This document shows positions 61,400-64,000 of a stretch of DNA of 64,000 nucleotides, in pieces; the stretch's first letter is position 1; the number at the start of each line of letters is the position of its first letter. This DNA is from Lama guanicoe. Its lineage: Eukaryota. The DNA lies in NCBI GenBank assembly GCA_013239625.1, contig MU056733.1, positions 1,612,001-1,676,000 on the forward strand. The letters are read 5' to 3'. Under the pieces are notes generated by a model. The model searched no databases. It was given only the letters and a program-made list of their open reading frames with translations, and was not told the origin of the DNA. Position numbers and translations under genes: made by a program.

Positions 61400-61830
61400 A
61401 AGAAACTTTTGAGTTGCCCTGGGCATGTGGTCACCCACACTAAGCCAAACCTCTTAGTCTCCCTTGCAGCAAGTGTGGCCATGTGATTAAATTCCAGCCC
61501 CTGGAATGCAAAAAGAAGTGTTATGAGGCAACTTTTAGGAACTATACTTAACAGACTTCTGATAAGAGTCTTCTTAGTACCCTCCTCCTTCATGCCAGCT
61601 AGAATTTGCAAAGATGGTTGGAACTCAAGCAGCCACCTTAAGACAATGAGGTAGAAGAACTTGCTAAAGATGTGGAGTATCAGATAGAAGGTACCTGGGT
61701 CCGTGATATTGCAGAGGGATACACTGGCCCTAGAACACCCCTTTCAAGGCTTCTATGTGAGTGAAATAAACAACCTTTGTAAGGCACCATCATTCTGGGT
61801 TTCCTGGCAAACACACAAATAGATCTGGAG
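61400..61830 (+). mobile_element. MaLR solo LTR (MLT1-like)
   Basis: ctcccttgcagcaagtgtggccatgtgattaaattc...gcagccaccttaagacaatgagg...gtgagtgaaataaac. Confidence 0.72.
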
Positions 61831-62749
61831 TGTCCACCAAAACAAAAGCTTTAACGGGAAGGAAGTGTTAACATCTGCTCCAGTTGGGATATTTCAAAGT
61901 GTCTAAAGCATCAGATCAAGTGTTACACTTTGGATAAACTGGTACGAGGAATGAGACAGAGAGAGACTATCAAGGGTTTGATTTACTCCTCCTCACTACC
62001 CAAGTTTCACTGTGCCTGTTCCTGTCAGTGTCTTGGTCACCCAGTGACAGCTGCCCACCAATGAAAGGAAAATTAGCTAGTAACTCTCCAGTTTCCCTAC
62101 AACCTCAGCACTTTTCTAGCAAGGGAACCACTGCAGAAGACCGAAAGGCTAGGACCATCCCTTGTAGCTCACGGGATTGAGCTGGGCTGGCTGGTTTCCT
62201 GAATATAAGACTCCTCTCAACACTCCTCACAAGCCATCTCCAGTCTCCAGGTAGCCCCCTAGAGCCAAGAACTCAAAATCTCCTAGGGCTGCTCAAGACA
62301 GTGGAGCCCAGAAGGCTGTGGAAGCTAAACTTGTTAATGCATAGAAGTCCATATCCTACCATTCCATCTTGGATAGCTCCGGTCATTAGAAAGTCCAAAT
62401 TCCACCCCTTCCCCAGTCATCCTGTCAGCCTATCACACTCTGAAGACAGCAAACACATTCCCTCTTCCGTTTCTGTAGGTGAACTCCCCCAATTCCCCAG
62501 ATGCCCTCAAGTCCCTCAATGAACTGAATGATTTGCCCTGGACACAGCCATGCTCATGACTCCCAGCGCTATCTCCATGCCCGGAGCACGGTGCAGAGCC
62601 CGACGAGAGTAATGTGCTACGTTACAACTATAATTTATTTGTGGAGATAAATACGTAGGCCTTCATAATTCAAAATGCAGGAAGTTAATCTTAACACAAA
62701 TCTTGACTGTTGGATCACAGCTTTTTTTTAAAAAAGTTGAGAAACACCA

Positions 62750-63830
62750 TTAGTGCATCACTTAAAATATGGCACCCAACTGTCATACGGTGCTGGCAAA
62801 AGCCTAAGCCAGTACAGTTCTTTTGGAGAGCTATTTGGCACAATTAATCAAGTATCTTAAAAGTATTTATGCTCCTTGACTTTGTAATTCCACTTTTGGG
62901 AATGTGTCCCGAGGAAATTAGCAGCGATTCTGACACATACATGACTCATACAGTCCTACTCATAAGAGTCAAAAATTATAAACAACCTAAATATCCAACA
63001 GCAGGGGAATGGTTACTTAGAGTAAACCACTCAGCAGAATAAAACAGGCATTTAAATTATGTTTTAAAAGATTGTGCAATGAAAAAATTTGTTTTCATGT
63101 TAAGTTTTTAAAAATAGAATCCAAAATGTACATGGTATGATTGACAACTAAATGGAAAACTATGCTCAGAAAATGACTGTAAGAAAAAATGTACCAAAGT
63201 AAGGCTTTGTCCTTGGACAGATTTTATTCTTCCCCTTTGTTTTCCTAACCCGTCATAATAGGCATGTCCAATTTAAATATTTAAAGAAAAACAATTACCA
63301 CCATTTGGCTACCATCATGGAAATAATGAACAATCTCAAAGCATCTTCCCACAAGAAAACCGAACTTTACAGTGGAGAAGCCTGGCAGAAACCCCCTTAA
63401 CTAAGGGACCAGCGATAGTATCACCAGTAATGGGTCAAATCCACGTGGGTCTCCTGATAGAATGCACTGAAGGGAAACGTCATCCAAAACCAAACTGAGG
63501 GACATTCTTCAAAAATGTCAAGGACCCAAAAGACAAAGCCCGAGAAACTGGCCCAGATGAAAGGAGGCTAAAGAGATACAACAATTAAATTCAACATGTG
63601 GCTCTGGATTGAGCCCTGAGCCAAACGCTACATTCCCGATTTTGACCACCGTACTCTGGCTATGTAAGAGAATGCCCTTGCCTTTTAGGAAATACTGAAG
63701 CATTTATGGGACAAAGGAGAATCATGTCTGTAAACTTTATATATGCAGAGGGGGAATATGAGAAAACAAATGTGATTAAATGTTATTATTTGTGGAATTG
63801 GGCAAAGAACAGATGGAAATCCTTTGTATT
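62750..63830 (+). mobile_element. Ancient L1 3' relics (L1ME-like then L1MC-like)
   Basis: ttttggagagctatttggca...aattccacttttgggaat...aaacaacctaaatatccaacagcaggggaatggtta; then ggagaagcctggcaga...aaactgagggacattct...gagaatgcccttg. Confidence 0.7.
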
Positions 63831-63831
63831 G

Positions 63832-63985
63832 TTTTTCTATGTATTTATTTTCTGTTTGGCGGGGGGGGGGTGCGGGTAATAATTAAGTTTATTTATTTAT
63901 TTAAATGGAAGGACTGGGGATTGAACCCAGGATCTCATGCATGGTAAGCACACACGCCCCCACTGAGCTATATACCCTCCACCCC
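63832..63985 (-). mobile_element. tRNA-Ala-derived SINE
   Basis: Reverse complement GGAGGGTATATAGCTCAGTG...GATCCTGGGTTCAATCCCCAGT...(TAAA)n tail. Confidence 0.88.
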
Positions 63986-64000
63986 ACAGCTCTTCTGTAA

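Larger units (their letters stand above)
1..64000 (-). other. PDIA5: PDIA5 gene, partial (intron 1 to start of exon 13)
   Basis: Spliced exons translate to VVLPTLLSSIQFSSLIERISDPKDLKKLLRTRNNVLVLYSKSE...FYSPWCSLCKR...WCGHCKKMKPEFENAAEVLHGEADSSGVLA, colinear with PDIA5/PDIR as I recall it. GT-AG introns throughout. Confidence 0.97.

Noticed and set aside
348-63703. Remaining short six-frame ORFs as a nested or antisense gene
   Set aside because: No recognisable protein similarity, no consistent exon chain, and many non-ATG starts. Their number is what GC-rich intron DNA would give by chance.
7945-63985. Seven tRNA-Ala-like sequences as tRNA genes
   Set aside because: They have A-rich tails, TSDs, indels and broken stems, so they are SINE copies rather than tRNA genes.

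Overview
Mammalian genomic DNA, very probably camelid given the tRNA-Ala-derived vic-1-like SINEs and L1 3' ends. The whole window lies inside PDIA5 (PDIR, protein disulfide-isomerase A5) on the minus strand. Ten complete coding exons (2-10 and 12, human numbering) and the first 19 nt of exon 13 were read directly, all with canonical GT-AG boundaries. Reading phase is consistent except across the exon 10-12 interval. Exon 1 lies beyond the right edge. Exon 11 (needs 3n+2 nt; 137 nt in human from memory) is absent from the called bases and most likely sits in the 188-N gap at 14951-15138. The rest is intron, with lineage-specific L1 fragments and SINEs (several with clear target-site duplications) and ancient MIR, L2, CR1, hAT and MaLR relics. 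I found no evidence of a novel gene or system. The best leads are the gap-hidden exon, an inverted SINE pair closely bracketing exons 2-6 (a 438-nt stop-free in-frame block, so a candidate circRNA), substitutions in the first catalytic domain, and several nested or chimeric retrotransposon structures. Human comparisons and repeat family names are from recall, not a database search, and ancient-repeat boundaries are approximate.
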